Below, one piece after another: positions 54,834-64,000 of a stretch of 64,000 nucleotides of DNA; the first letter of the stretch is position 1; every line of letters begins with the position of its first letter. The stretch is from Candidatus Algichlamydia australiensis (GTDB lineage: Bacteria; Chlamydiota; Chlamydiia; Chlamydiales; JAJFMI01). The position numbers were made by a program, and so were the translations under genes. The notes under the pieces are model-generated. The model worked only from the letters and a program-made list of their open reading frames with translations. It was not told the DNA's origin and ran no database searches. The DNA is taken from assembly GCA_033977065.1 (NCBI GenBank), contig JAXCHI010000003.1, positions 192,001-256,000 of the forward strand. Reading direction: 5' to 3'.

Positions 54834-56555
54834 ATGAGGCAAACTTGGGATCTAGAATCACTATATGATGAGGAGCATTTTGATACATTCCTTATTGCCC
54901 TTCACAAGCAGATCTTTAAACTTGAAATGCTCTCTTCACTTGAAAAGCGTATACTTCTTGCGCAAGAGCTGCGTCTCTCCATTTTGCAAGCAAGTAGTTT
55001 TGCATATGCACTCCTCTCAAGTAACATTCACCATAAAAGAGCCCGCGGCTGGGAAGCTGCGCTCACATCCATTTCAAGCGAGCTTGAGAAAATATGGATG
55101 GAAATAGATGCAGAACTTACCAACAGAAGTAATGAAGAGATAGAAGAGCTTGGTGAGCCGGCTATTTACTTTCCTCTCAAGGAACGACGCGACCTGGCAA
55201 AACTTAAACTCTCCGTTGAACAGGAACAGCTCATATCTGATTTGAGTGTTGATGGCTACCATAGCTGGGGGCAGTTTTACAAATCATTCATCGCAACACT
55301 AACTTTCCCCTTTCGAGGCAAAGACCTCTCAGCCGCTCAAATTGCCAACAAATTATTCTCCCCTGACCGTAGCGTTCGAGTAGAGGCTTTTGCCTCATAT
55401 GAAAAAGTCTATGCAAAAGAAGCTCCTATTATTGCGCAATTTCTGAATCATCTTGCCGGCTTTCGGATTAATGTTTACGAGCATCGCAATTGGATGAGTG
55501 CCGTTGAAGATCCTTTGATCCACAATCGCATGAGTCTTAAAACGTTAAATAGCATGTGGGAAGCAGTGACAGAGAGCCGGCCCGTCTTTGCAAAGTTTCT
55601 CATGAGAAAAGCGGAGCTACTCGGCGTTGATAAACTCTCTTGGCACGATTTAGAAGCACCACTACTCGAAAATCAAAACGAGATACCTTACGAAGAGGGC
55701 ATTACATTTATCATCAAACAATTTGAGAAAATCTCCCCGAAGATGGCCGACTTTGCGCGACATGCTGTTGAATCAAACTGGATTGAAACAGAAGATCGTC
55801 CAGGGAAAAGACAAGGTGCTTATTTTCTCAGTTTTCCATTTACTAAAGAGACGCGCATTTTCATGACCTACTCAGGGACAGTCGACAATCTCTATACCCT
55901 TGCTCACGAGTTGGGACACTGTTTCCATTCTCATCAAGTCTTCTCTTTACCTGAGATGGCGCAACACTATCGTAAAAACGTCGCTGAAGTTGCCTCTACC
56001 ATGGCAGAGATGATCGTTGCTGAAGCGAGCATAGAGCGCGCCAAAAGTAAAAAAGAGAAAATTGCTCTCTTAGGGTACCGCGCAAGCCGCTCACTTGCCT
56101 ACCTCATTCACCTGCAGTCTCGCTATCTCTTTGAAAGTCGCTTTTACGAAAAGCGGAAAGAGAAATATTTAAGTCCTGACGAGCTTAATGCCCTCATGTT
56201 AGAGGCGCAACAAGAGTGCTATTCAAACTCTCTCTCTGAATACCACCCCTTGCTCTGGGCTTCTAGACTGCACTTCTACCTTACAGACGTTCCTTTTTAT
56301 AACTTCCCCTATACATTTGGTTGTCTCTTCTCATTCGCAATTTACCGAAGAATAAAAAAAGACCCTACAGCGTTTGAAGAGGCCTATATTCCTTTCCTTC
56401 ATGACACCGGCATGATGTCTACTGAGGAGCTTGCAAAAAAGCACTTTAATATTGATATTGAAACACCTGAATTTTGGAGAGAAGCCGTTGCAGCTACCCT
56501 TCGGGACGTACATGAGTTTTTAGAACTTACTGAGACAGCCGCTACATGTATGTGA
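54834..56555 (+). CDS. Oligoendopeptidase F (M3B)
   Basis: WDLESLY, RPGKRQGAY, TLAHELGHCFH, AEVASTMAE, FYNFPYTFG. Confidence 0.9.
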   Translation: MRQTWDLESLYDEEHFDTFLIALHKQIFKLEMLSSLEKRILLAQELRLSILQASSFAYALLSSNIHHKRARGWEAALTSISSELEKIWMEIDAELTNRSNEEIEELGEPAIYFPLKERRDLAKLKLSVEQEQLISDLSVDGYHSWGQFYKSFIATLTFPFRGKDLSAAQIANKLFSPDRSVRVEAFASYEKVYAKEAPIIAQFLNHLAGFRINVYEHRNWMSAVEDPLIHNRMSLKTLNSMWEAVTESRPVFAKFLMRKAELLGVDKLSWHDLEAPLLENQNEIPYEEGITFIIKQFEKISPKMADFARHAVESNWIETEDRPGKRQGAYFLSFPFTKETRIFMTYSGTVDNLYTLAHELGHCFHSHQVFSLPEMAQHYRKNVAEVASTMAEMIVAEASIERAKSKKEKIALLGYRASRSLAYLIHLQSRYLFESRFYEKRKEKYLSPDELNALMLEAQQECYSNSLSEYHPLLWASRLHFYLTDVPFYNFPYTFGCLFSFAIYRRIKKDPTAFEEAYIPFLHDTGMMSTEELAKKHFNIDIETPEFWREAVAATLRDVHEFLELTETAATCM

Positions 56556-56588
56556 CAAAAAACTCCTCAAGCCAGTATAGATAGGATT

Positions 56589-57425
56589 ATGAGAATTTTT
56601 TCTTCCCTCTTTACCATCGGAGCATTAGCTATTGGAGCATGGTATACCAACGACCGCTACCCGGATTTGAAAAATCAAGCACTCGAGTTTTTTCATACCT
56701 CTACATTTCACACACTAGAAGTGCGCCACACTGGCAAACAAATCATGGAAAACAATCGCTATGAACTTCTCAAAACAGCTCAGCACAAATACAAAGACGT
56801 TACTTTAAAGTTTTATCCGTATCTCCTTATGGAGGTAAAATATACCCAACCAAATAACACTACTAACGAAGGAATTATTCTTTGGGATCTTGTCGACGGA
56901 GAGATGGTTGTGAACACCCATGATTGGGAAAAAACACACGGTTTTGGTGATTGCATTCACGCAGGCCTTGAGCGCAATGAATTTAAAATCATCAATCTCC
57001 TTGCACAAAAGGGTGGTTCTATTGATCGTGAAGGACTTACCTCATCGCTCCATGTAGAAAACGAAGTACTCGACAACTGGCTTGAGCGTTGCCGTCGCAA
57101 GAAGCTCATCGTACAAAAAGGCAACCAGTATCGATTGCATATGCAAACGCCACGCCTTAATGTCCTTCCCCACACAACCGTGGATGACCGTCTTGTGACA
57201 AAACAATCTGAGAAAGCGCAGCGTATTCCGCGTCGCTTTTCTCCCATACAAATTCGCAAAATGGCAGAGCGCGCGTTTGGATACGATTTTGCGATTCGCA
57301 GCACACTCGATGTCTACCTCCCAATCTTTAGCATCACAGTTGAAAACCCCGACAGCACACTTCATACAAGCAACTGGAATGCCGTCAACGGAAAGCGCTT
57401 ATCACACTCTTCCTTCATTGAGTAA
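56589..57425 (+). CDS. Membrane-anchored hypothetical protein
   Basis: N-terminal hydrophobic anchor; PYLLMEVKY, GEMV..THDWEKTHGF.DC, WNAVNG. Confidence 0.7.
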   Translation: MRIFSSLFTIGALAIGAWYTNDRYPDLKNQALEFFHTSTFHTLEVRHTGKQIMENNRYELLKTAQHKYKDVTLKFYPYLLMEVKYTQPNNTTNEGIILWDLVDGEMVVNTHDWEKTHGFGDCIHAGLERNEFKIINLLAQKGGSIDREGLTSSLHVENEVLDNWLERCRRKKLIVQKGNQYRLHMQTPRLNVLPHTTVDDRLVTKQSEKAQRIPRRFSPIQIRKMAERAFGYDFAIRSTLDVYLPIFSITVENPDSTLHTSNWNAVNGKRLSHSSFIE

Positions 57426-57458
57426 ATCTTTTTTTGTGTTTGTAAATTAATAAAAAAC

Positions 57459-57574
57459 TAGATAGTGTCGTCAAATCCTTATGATCACCCTGTTTTTAAC
57501 GTGAAAGCTCTCGCGTCGCTAGTTTTTTCAAATACATAAACAAGTAAAATATTTATAACGAGGGCTTTTATCTA
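57459..57574. mobile_element. Family A-related element with a different core (degenerate)
   Basis: Left end TAGATAGTGTCGTCAAA identical to family A TIR; weak right end ..ACGAGGGCTTTTATCTA; flanked by CTAG context at both ends. Confidence 0.5.
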
Positions 57575-57611
57575 GCCAAAAAAGTCGATTTTTTGCATAC
57601 TTAGTGGTTCT

Positions 57612-57699
57612 GGAAAGATGGCTGAGTGGCCGAAGGCGCGTCCCTGCTAAGGACGAGTACTCCTTGTGGGTACCGAGGGTTCGAATCCCTCTCTTTCCG
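57612..57699 (+). tRNA. tRNA-Ser(GCT)
   Basis: Acceptor GGAAAGA/TCTTTCC+G; anticodon arm CGTCC-CTGCTAA-GGACG; long variable arm; T-arm GAGGG-TTCGAAT-CCCTC; CCA not encoded. Confidence 0.95.
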
Positions 57700-58452
57700 A
57701 ATTTCTAACAATACAGACTAAAATAGAAAAAGTAGGATTTAGAAAAAACTTGGGATGAGAACCCTCAGGGTTCGACGGCCAGCATAGCTGGACGGGGCTT
57801 TTGAGCGCAGCGAGAAAGAGTCCGCAGGACCGAAGGGCTGTACAGCCCGTAGCCAATCCCTCTCTTTCCGAATTTCTAACAATACAGACTAAAATAGAAA
57901 AAGTAGGATTTAGAAAAAACTTGGGATGAGAACCCTCAGGGTTCGACGGCCAGCATAGCTGGACGGGGCTTTTGAGCGCAGCGAGAAAGAGTCCACAGGA
58001 CCGAAGGGCTGTACAGCCCGTAGCCAATCCCTCTCTTTCCGAATTTCTTACAAAGCAAATTAGAATAGAAAAAGCAGGATTTAAAAAAACTTGGGATGAG
58101 AACCCTCAGGGTTCGACGGCCAGCATAGCTGGACGGGGCTTTTGAGCGCAGCGAGAAAGAGTCCGCAGGACCGAAGGGCTGTACAGCCCGTAGCCAATCC
58201 CTCTCTTTCCGAATTTCTTACAAAGCAAATTAGAATAGAAAAAGCAGGATTTAAAAAAACTTGGGATGAGAACCCTCAGGGTTCGACGGCCAGCATAGCT
58301 GGACGGGGCTTTTGAGCGCAGCGAGAAAGAGTCCGCAGGACCGAAGGGCTGTACAGCCCGTAGCCAATCCCTCTCTTTCCGAATTTCTTACAGAACAAAT
58401 TAGAATAGAAAAAGCAGGATTTAGAAAAAACTTGGGATAAGAACCCTCAGGG
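57684..58452 (+). repeat. tRNA-linked tandem array, 4.5 units of 170-171 bp
   Basis: Units start with AATCCCTCTCTTTCCG at 57684, 57855, 58026, 58196, 58366; last unit truncated after GAACCCTCAGGG. Confidence 0.95.
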
Positions 58453-58554
58453 CTGAAGGATTGAAAGCCCAAAGTCAATTCCTATTTTTCTTATCTGAAA
58501 TAGAAAAACCTTCCCTGTTTCGGATTATTTTCGTTACTGATATTCTCTGGAGGT

Positions 58555-59994
58555 ATGTCCAAAGAACCTCAAAAAATCAAAGTCGCTCCCAATTCCAAAG
58601 AGTCCGAGATGATGGTACTCGGCTCCATGCTCTCCAATGTCAATGCGTTGAATGCAGCGGCTGATGCGCTGGACGCTTCAGACTTTTACTACACTGAACA
58701 TGGCTTAATTTTTGAGACGCTCAAAGAGGCGTATAAAAAAGATAAGCCTGCTGACATTCATCTTGTTGCAGAGGAGCTAAAGCGCAAAAAGAAACTCAAA
58801 GAGATTGGCGGTATTGGCTATTTGACAACACTTGCGCAGTATGCGGGAACTTCAGCATATGTTGAAGAGTATGCGCAACTTGTCAAAGATAAGGCGATTT
58901 TGCGACGCATGATCACTGCTGCGCAGGTAATTGAAAAAAAAGCGCTTGAGGAAGAGGACGAGGTCAGCAAAACTCTTGATGATGCGCAAAGCCTCTTTTT
59001 CAACATTAGCCAGACAGCCAATCGCGAAAGTGGATTGCTCATTGCCGATCTCCTCTCAGGTGTTAAGGCCGAATCACAATTGCCATTTTTGAAGGAGCTA
59101 CAGGATCGGCAAGAGAAGTTTCAAGAACTTGGCGAAGGAGAAGAGCTTTTTCCCGGACATCCCACGCACTTTAATGATCTCGACCACATGCTTGGAGGTC
59201 TTGGCAACTCTCACTTTTTAATTCTTGCAGCTCGTCCTGCTATGGGAAAAACAGTTTTAGCTCTCAATATTGCAGAAAACGTCTGTTTTAAAAATAAAGT
59301 TCCTGTCGCCATCTTCTCTCTTGAAATGAGCGCAGAACAACTGCTCAACCGCATGATCAGTTCGCAATCAGAGGTGGAGGCAGAGAAGATTAAGCGCGGC
59401 TCTTTAAGCGGTGGCGAGTATCAACGTGTTGTCTCTGTCGTGAACGAAATGCAAAAACATACGATCATCATTGATGATCAACCAGGCTTAAAGATTACCG
59501 ATTTGCGCGCACGTGCACGTCGTATGAAGGAGACGCACGATATTGGTCTCATCATCATTGACTATTTGCAGCTTCTTTCAGGCTCCGGAAATCGCTCTTC
59601 TCAAGAGAGTCGCCAATTAGAAATCTCTGAAATTTCCCGAATGCTGAAAAACCTTGCAAGAGAGCTAGACGTTCCAGTTCTCTGCCTCTCACAACTTTCT
59701 CGTAAAGTTGAGGAGCGCGCTGGTCACCGCCCGATGATGAGTGACCTACGTGAATCGGGCTCGCTGGAGCAAGATGCGGATGTAGTCATGTTTTTAATGC
59801 GACCCGAGTATTACGATCCATACAATAAACCGGGAATGGCTGAGGTAATGGTAGGGAAAAACCGCCATGGAAAAACGGGCGATGTCAAACTGACTTTCCG
59901 CAAAGAAATTGTTCAGTTTGCCAATTACTCTGACCCCAGCACTTCGCCGACTGGCGAAGAGAGCCAAGCTTTTGACGCTTTTTCTCCAAGTTAA
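58555..59994 (+). CDS. dnaB: Replicative DNA helicase
   Basis: AARPAMGKT, FSLEMS, IIDYLQL, LSQLSRKVE, SDLRESGSLEQDAD, KNRHG. Confidence 0.98.
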   Translation: MSKEPQKIKVAPNSKESEMMVLGSMLSNVNALNAAADALDASDFYYTEHGLIFETLKEAYKKDKPADIHLVAEELKRKKKLKEIGGIGYLTTLAQYAGTSAYVEEYAQLVKDKAILRRMITAAQVIEKKALEEEDEVSKTLDDAQSLFFNISQTANRESGLLIADLLSGVKAESQLPFLKELQDRQEKFQELGEGEELFPGHPTHFNDLDHMLGGLGNSHFLILAARPAMGKTVLALNIAENVCFKNKVPVAIFSLEMSAEQLLNRMISSQSEVEAEKIKRGSLSGGEYQRVVSVVNEMQKHTIIIDDQPGLKITDLRARARRMKETHDIGLIIIDYLQLLSGSGNRSSQESRQLEISEISRMLKNLARELDVPVLCLSQLSRKVEERAGHRPMMSDLRESGSLEQDADVVMFLMRPEYYDPYNKPGMAEVMVGKNRHGKTGDVKLTFRKEIVQFANYSDPSTSPTGEESQAFDAFSPS

Positions 59995-60075
59995 TTAAAA
60001 TTTTTATTTTCTTAGAATTCGGCTTTACCTTTTTTTAAACAAGGAGTATAGTGGTGAGATTATATTGGAGCAGTA

Positions 60076-60165
60076 ATGTCATCTGTTAAGAAAAAACGTC
60101 GTCTGAAGATCTCAAAGCACAAGCGTAAGAAGCGCCGTCGCCGCGATCGTCATAAGAAAAAGTAA
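60076..60165 (+). CDS. Small basic AURKAIP1/COX24-domain (bS22/mS38-like) protein, 29 aa (not in ORF track)
   Basis: GGAG RBS; MSSVKKKRRLKISKHKRKKRRRRDRHKKK matches the S-V-x-KKRR-x-K-x-x-KHK-x-x-K pattern. Confidence 0.85.
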   Translation: MSSVKKKRRLKISKHKRKKRRRRDRHKKK

Positions 60166-60175
60166 TTTTTGAATC

Positions 60176-61999
60176 ATGTTCTCATATCCTGAGGAGTTCG
60201 ATCTCATTGTGGTTGGAGCTGGACATGCCGGCTGCGAGGCCGCTCACGCTGCTGCGCGTATGGGCGCACGCACGCTCCTGCTCACCATGAATTTGGACAC
60301 TATCGCCAAAATGAGCTGCAATCCCGCTATTGGAGGCACAGCTAAAGGCCATATGGTGCGCGAGATCGATGCTCTTGGCGGGATTATGGGAAAAATTGCC
60401 GATCAGACGGGCATTCAGTTTCGCATGCTCAACCGCTCAAAAGGCCCTGCTGTCTGGTCCCCTCGCGCCCAATCTGACAAGCTCGCCTATCAAACGGCTA
60501 TGCGTCACGCTTTAGAGCAAATTCCCAATCTCTTTATCATGCAGGGCACGACTGAAAATTTTCTTATTGAAAATGAAAAAATTCTTGGTGTCGCAACCAA
60601 AGAGGGCATCGCCTACAAGGCAAAAGCTGTCATCCTCTCTGCCGGCACATTTATGCAGGGGAAAATTCACATCGGTGATATCGACTACTCAGGGGGTCGC
60701 GCGGGTGATCCTCCCGCTGTAGGACTTTCCAAATGTTTGCAAGAGCTTGGTTTTTCTCTTGGCAGATTAAAAACGGGGACTCCTCCACGCATTCACCGCC
60801 GCAGCGTCGATTTTTCTGAAATGGAAGAGCAGCCTGGCGAAGAGGGTGTCCAATTTTCCTATGAAAAAGTGGCACGTGAATTGCCGCAACAATCTTGCTA
60901 CATCACTTATACCAACAAAGAGACGCAGGCAATTGCTGAGGAGAACCTGAAGCGCTCTGCGATGTATTCAGGGAAAATTCAGAGTGTGGGACCACGTTAC
61001 TGTCCTTCTTTTGAAGATAAAATTGTGCGGTTTGCTGATAAGGAGCGCCATCAAATTTTTCTTGAGCCAGAAGGTTTGACAACAGAAGAGATGTATGTCA
61101 ATGGTATCTCCACTTCTCTGCCCTTTGATGTACAGGTAAGGATGTTACGCTCCATTCCCGCTTTTGCAAAAGTTGAGATTACCCGCCCTGCTTACGCTAT
61201 TGAATATGACTATGTGAAGAGCGGGCAGCTGCTACCTACTCTTGAGACAAAAAGTGTGTCAGGGCTCTATTTTGCCGGACAGATTAATGGCACAACGGGT
61301 TACGAAGAGGCGGCTGGTCAAGGATTAATTGCCGCGATCAATGCGGTGCAAAAAATTCGTGGCAAAGAGCCGTTTTATCTCAAGCGTTCGGAAAGCTACA
61401 TCGGTGTCATGATCGATGAGCTGATCACAAAAGAGTTGTCAGAGCCCTACCGCATGTTCACATCCCGTGCGGAACATCGCCTGTTGCTGCGTCAGGAAAA
61501 TGCCGACCGCCGTCTCTCTACATACGGATATGAGTTGGGAATCCTTGACCAAAAGCGCTTCCAAGAATTTTCCAAGAAAAAGGAAATCATTGAATCGGAG
61601 ATCACACGTCTTGAAAAAGTCTTTGTTCCTTTTGAAGGAAAACACTCCGCGGTTGCACAAATTCTCAAGCGTCCTAACACCTCTTTAGCAGAGCTTGCTA
61701 AACTTTTTCCCGAAAAAGTAGAGACTTTTGGTGAAGAGATCGACATGCAAATCGAGGTCGAACTGAAATTTGCAGGTTACATTGCACGAGAAAAAAAAGA
61801 GGTGATGCAGGTAAAAGAGGTAGAAGAGAAGGCGATTCCCGAAAAGGTGGACTACAGCAAGATCAAAGGCCTGCGCAAAGAAGCAGTAGAAAGACTCTTA
61901 GCGGCAAGGCCAGCGACACTTGGGCAGGCACAGCGCTTGAGTGGTGTTACTCCGGCTGATATCGCTGTACTACGAGTACACATGTATGAACCTCATTGA
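60176..61999 (+). CDS. mnmG: tRNA uridine-5-carboxymethylaminomethyl modification enzyme
   Basis: VGAGHAGCEAA, MSCNPAIGG, RLKTGTPPR, GPRYCPS.EDK, FAGQINGTTGYEEAA, EPYRMFTSRAE. Confidence 0.98.
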   Translation: MFSYPEEFDLIVVGAGHAGCEAAHAAARMGARTLLLTMNLDTIAKMSCNPAIGGTAKGHMVREIDALGGIMGKIADQTGIQFRMLNRSKGPAVWSPRAQSDKLAYQTAMRHALEQIPNLFIMQGTTENFLIENEKILGVATKEGIAYKAKAVILSAGTFMQGKIHIGDIDYSGGRAGDPPAVGLSKCLQELGFSLGRLKTGTPPRIHRRSVDFSEMEEQPGEEGVQFSYEKVARELPQQSCYITYTNKETQAIAEENLKRSAMYSGKIQSVGPRYCPSFEDKIVRFADKERHQIFLEPEGLTTEEMYVNGISTSLPFDVQVRMLRSIPAFAKVEITRPAYAIEYDYVKSGQLLPTLETKSVSGLYFAGQINGTTGYEEAAGQGLIAAINAVQKIRGKEPFYLKRSESYIGVMIDELITKELSEPYRMFTSRAEHRLLLRQENADRRLSTYGYELGILDQKRFQEFSKKKEIIESEITRLEKVFVPFEGKHSAVAQILKRPNTSLAELAKLFPEKVETFGEEIDMQIEVELKFAGYIAREKKEVMQVKEVEEKAIPEKVDYSKIKGLRKEAVERLLAARPATLGQAQRLSGVTPADIAVLRVHMYEPH

Positions 62000-62690
62000 A
62001 CTGGGCAACGTCCCCATTTTAGAGCAGTTAAAACTTGAAGAGGGGCTCTTGCGCGCTGGAAAAGGAAATTACTGCCTACTCAATTGCGGCAGCACTCCTG
62101 CCATTATCATGGGCATCTCTGGAAAACCAGAAGAGCTTGTTTTTCGGGAAAAGCAGCAAGAACAGAAACTTCCTCTTATCAAGCGCTACAGTGGTGGCGG
62201 TACGGTTGTTGTCGATCACAACACTCTTTTTGTCAGCTTCATTTTTGATAAAAGCGCGCACCCTTTCCACCCCTTTCCCGAACCAATTATGCGCTGGTCT
62301 GAAGAATTTTACAAAAATGCTCTTAGCCTAAAAAACTTTGCGTTAAGAGAAAACGACTATGTGATTGGGAAGAAAAAATTTGGAGGCAATGCGCAGTACA
62401 TTAAAAAGAATCGCTGGGTCCACCACACGACATTTCTCTGGGACTATTGCGAGGAAAAAATGTCCGCTTTGCAACTCCCTTCAAGGCGTCCAGAATATCG
62501 CGCAAACCGCGATCACAAAGAGTTCATTACTAAGTTAAAGGATTATCTTCCCTCTCAAGAAGAGTTCTTTTTGAAGATAAAAAAAGAGCTCCAAAGACGC
62601 TACCATATAACGTCTTTGGAGCCCTCTAAAATCTCCTTAAAAGAGGAGTACCGTGTTGCGACTACTCTACTCGATCCCTTTGTCGAGTAG
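61986..62690 (+). CDS. lplA: Lipoate-protein ligase A family protein
   Basis: QLKLEE.LLR, IKRYSGGGTV, ENDY, KKFGGNAQ, HHTTFLWD, RPEYR; start placed at ATG 61986. Confidence 0.85.
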   Translation: MNLIELGNVPILEQLKLEEGLLRAGKGNYCLLNCGSTPAIIMGISGKPEELVFREKQQEQKLPLIKRYSGGGTVVVDHNTLFVSFIFDKSAHPFHPFPEPIMRWSEEFYKNALSLKNFALRENDYVIGKKKFGGNAQYIKKNRWVHHTTFLWDYCEEKMSALQLPSRRPEYRANRDHKEFITKLKDYLPSQEEFFLKIKKELQRRYHITSLEPSKISLKEEYRVATTLLDPFVE

Positions 62691-63228
62691 CAAAGAGGCG
62701 AACAGTCCGTTCGCGCACACCTTGATCTGGTCCAACAGCTTCAAACTTTACTGTTCTTGGCCGTACTCCATCAAAAGAGCTTGACCTCGGACGGTTACTT
62801 GAATCTCCAACATGTACCTTTCCACTCCAAGAGCTTGCACGCCTATGTGTTTTTCTTGGCTCTTCTGCTCGCATGTTAAAACCTGTCGCTGGGAGAAGTG
62901 GCGCGTCTGAAGCGCGCATCCTAAACCCAGCAGCTTCTTCCTCGTCTACCATTCTCAAGGTGTACGAGGCTGCTTTTCCACTAAATGGTTTAAAATAGGG
63001 CTCATTAGGAACACCCGGGATTCCGTAAAAAGCAGTCTCTTTTTTAAAGCCTTTACCTGGAATGTAGGTTAATCCAGTCGTATTTTTAAAAATTGCAACT
63101 GTTCTCTCATCTTGTCCCTGCAAAAAATTACGCATATCCTCTGCTTGCGCTTCTACTGCAGATTTCGGCGCTTCCAATGAAATCGTAAAGTCATGACCAT
63201 ATACGTTTACTGTCGCACTGTGTACCAT
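62662..63228 (-). CDS. Hypothetical protein, candidate secreted effector
   Basis: 188-aa ORF coupled to upstream genes; basic low-complexity C-terminus with RRASS and RPRSSS. Confidence 0.55.
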   Translation of the reverse strand: MVHSATVNVYGHDFTISLEAPKSAVEAQAEDMRNFLQGQDERTVAIFKNTTGLTYIPGKGFKKETAFYGIPGVPNEPYFKPFSGKAASYTLRMVDEEEAAGFRMRASDAPLLPATGFNMRAEEPRKTHRRASSWSGKVHVGDSSNRPRSSSFDGVRPRTVKFEAVGPDQGVRERTVRLFATRQRDRVE

Positions 63229-63659
63229 TATCTCACCCCCGTTGTTTGGTCATACATCTTAATTATCGAGTTTCCAACTGTTTTTTCACCAAGAAGCAGT
63301 TGAGAGCCTGAGCTGATGTATGTTGAAAGCTCTGATGCACAATTTGAAATCAACTGTGTTGATAGCTGGTTGTACCCAGTTTGTGATGTGAGCGTCGTAT
63401 ACTCATCTCTTGTTGAGATATGAGCATTGCTTTCATCTTCCATTTTCTGCATAAGTGAATGACTAAACTGCATCAATACACCCAACTGATTCACATAAGT
63501 ATCAATCGAGTTATTCACAGCTGTCATACTAGCAGCAACTGCCAGCACTGCTATCAAATAAGTCCCTGAAGCTGTCGCTGTTGTCAAACTCCAAAGATTA
63601 TCGATCGCATTGCCATTCTCTTGCGTGCTTACCGCTTGTGGTTGTACTTGTGTACTCAT
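63228..63659 (-). CDS. Hypothetical Ser/Thr/Gln-rich helical protein (possible T3SS substrate)
   Basis: 143 aa, polar N-terminus, one hydrophobic segment, no Sec signal; GAGG RBS. Confidence 0.55.
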   Translation of the reverse strand: MSTQVQPQAVSTQENGNAIDNLWSLTTATASGTYLIAVLAVAASMTAVNNSIDTYVNQLGVLMQFSHSLMQKMEDESNAHISTRDEYTTLTSQTGYNQLSTQLISNCASELSTYISSGSQLLLGEKTVGNSIIKMYDQTTGVR

Positions 63660-63660
63660 A

Positions 63661-64000
63661 TTAACCTCTCAATCCTAACCCAGCATAAAGCTGACTTGAG
63701 CTTGACTGTAACTGTGCCAACGTACTGTTAACTCCTTCATAGGCCTTTTGACCTGCTTGCTGCATACCTTGCAACAACCCAGTTTGTGACTGCTTAAAGG
63801 AATTCATAAACGACCCAAGAGCTTTTGATGCCATTGATGCTGCTTGCGCCATATTTATATAACCTGTCAATTGACTGTCTGCCTCTTTAAAAGTAGAGTT
63901 AATCTGCTCTTTTTCAACAGCGTTCTGGCTATTAATCGTATCAATTCTGGATTTTCTCATATCAAGTTCTGATCGCACATCAGCTTTTTTGCTTTCTGAA
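63661..64000 (-). CDS. Hypothetical helical protein, 5' end outside window (translocator-like C-terminus)
   Basis: Frame open to the window edge (SESKKADVRSELD...); Ala/Gln/Ser-rich amphipathic helices. Confidence 0.55.
   Translation of the reverse strand, partial: SESKKADVRSELDMRKSRIDTINSQNAVEKEQINSTFKEADSQLTGYINMAQAASMASKALGSFMNSFKQSQTGLLQGMQQAGQKAYEGVNSTLAQLQSSSSQLYAGLGLRG

Noticed and set aside
57684..58452. CRISPR array interpretation of the tandem repeat
   Set aside because: Conserved part is far longer than a CRISPR repeat, linkers are homologous rather than unique spacers, and no cas genes are present.
57647..58478. ORFs 57647..58027 and 58251..58478 (-)
   Set aside because: Antisense read-through of the tRNA and its repeats; the 171-bp period merely preserves frame.

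Overview
Chromosomal segment of an environmental Chlamydiota bacterium (Simkania/Rhabdochlamydia-like; inferred from recalled chlamydial gene orders: gpsA next to a UAP-type pyrophosphorylase, ruvC-ruvA, mnmE-nth/psd/secA, lpdA-lipA, glgC-phosphoesterase, pepP-mutL, dnaB-small basic ORF-mnmG-lplA). The housekeeping backbone is interrupted by accessory genes: RhuM, Fic, HAD, a Phd/RelE and an AbiE-like toxin-antitoxin pair, an OPT transporter, an adenylate cyclase and a sensor kinase. Notable items: (i) an outer-membrane beta-barrel gene paired with an 8-repeat beta-propeller carrying an Fn3-like C-terminal domain (candidate export/anchoring pair); (ii) two tandem giant filamentous-haemagglutinin-like proteins sharing a C-terminal C-X8-C tail, with no TpsB in the window; (iii) at least four families of 105-166 bp palindromic miniature elements that cluster, nest, show compensatory changes and repeatedly coincide with stop codons; (iv) a 4.5-unit 170-171 bp tandem array after tRNA-Ser(GCT) in which every unit regenerates the tRNA 3' end; (v) two small ORFs missed by the ORF track; (vi) candidate effectors with 14-3-3/Akt/PKA-type motifs. 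No transposase, integrase, CRISPR-Cas or rRNA seen. All product calls come from motif recognition by eye, not database searches.
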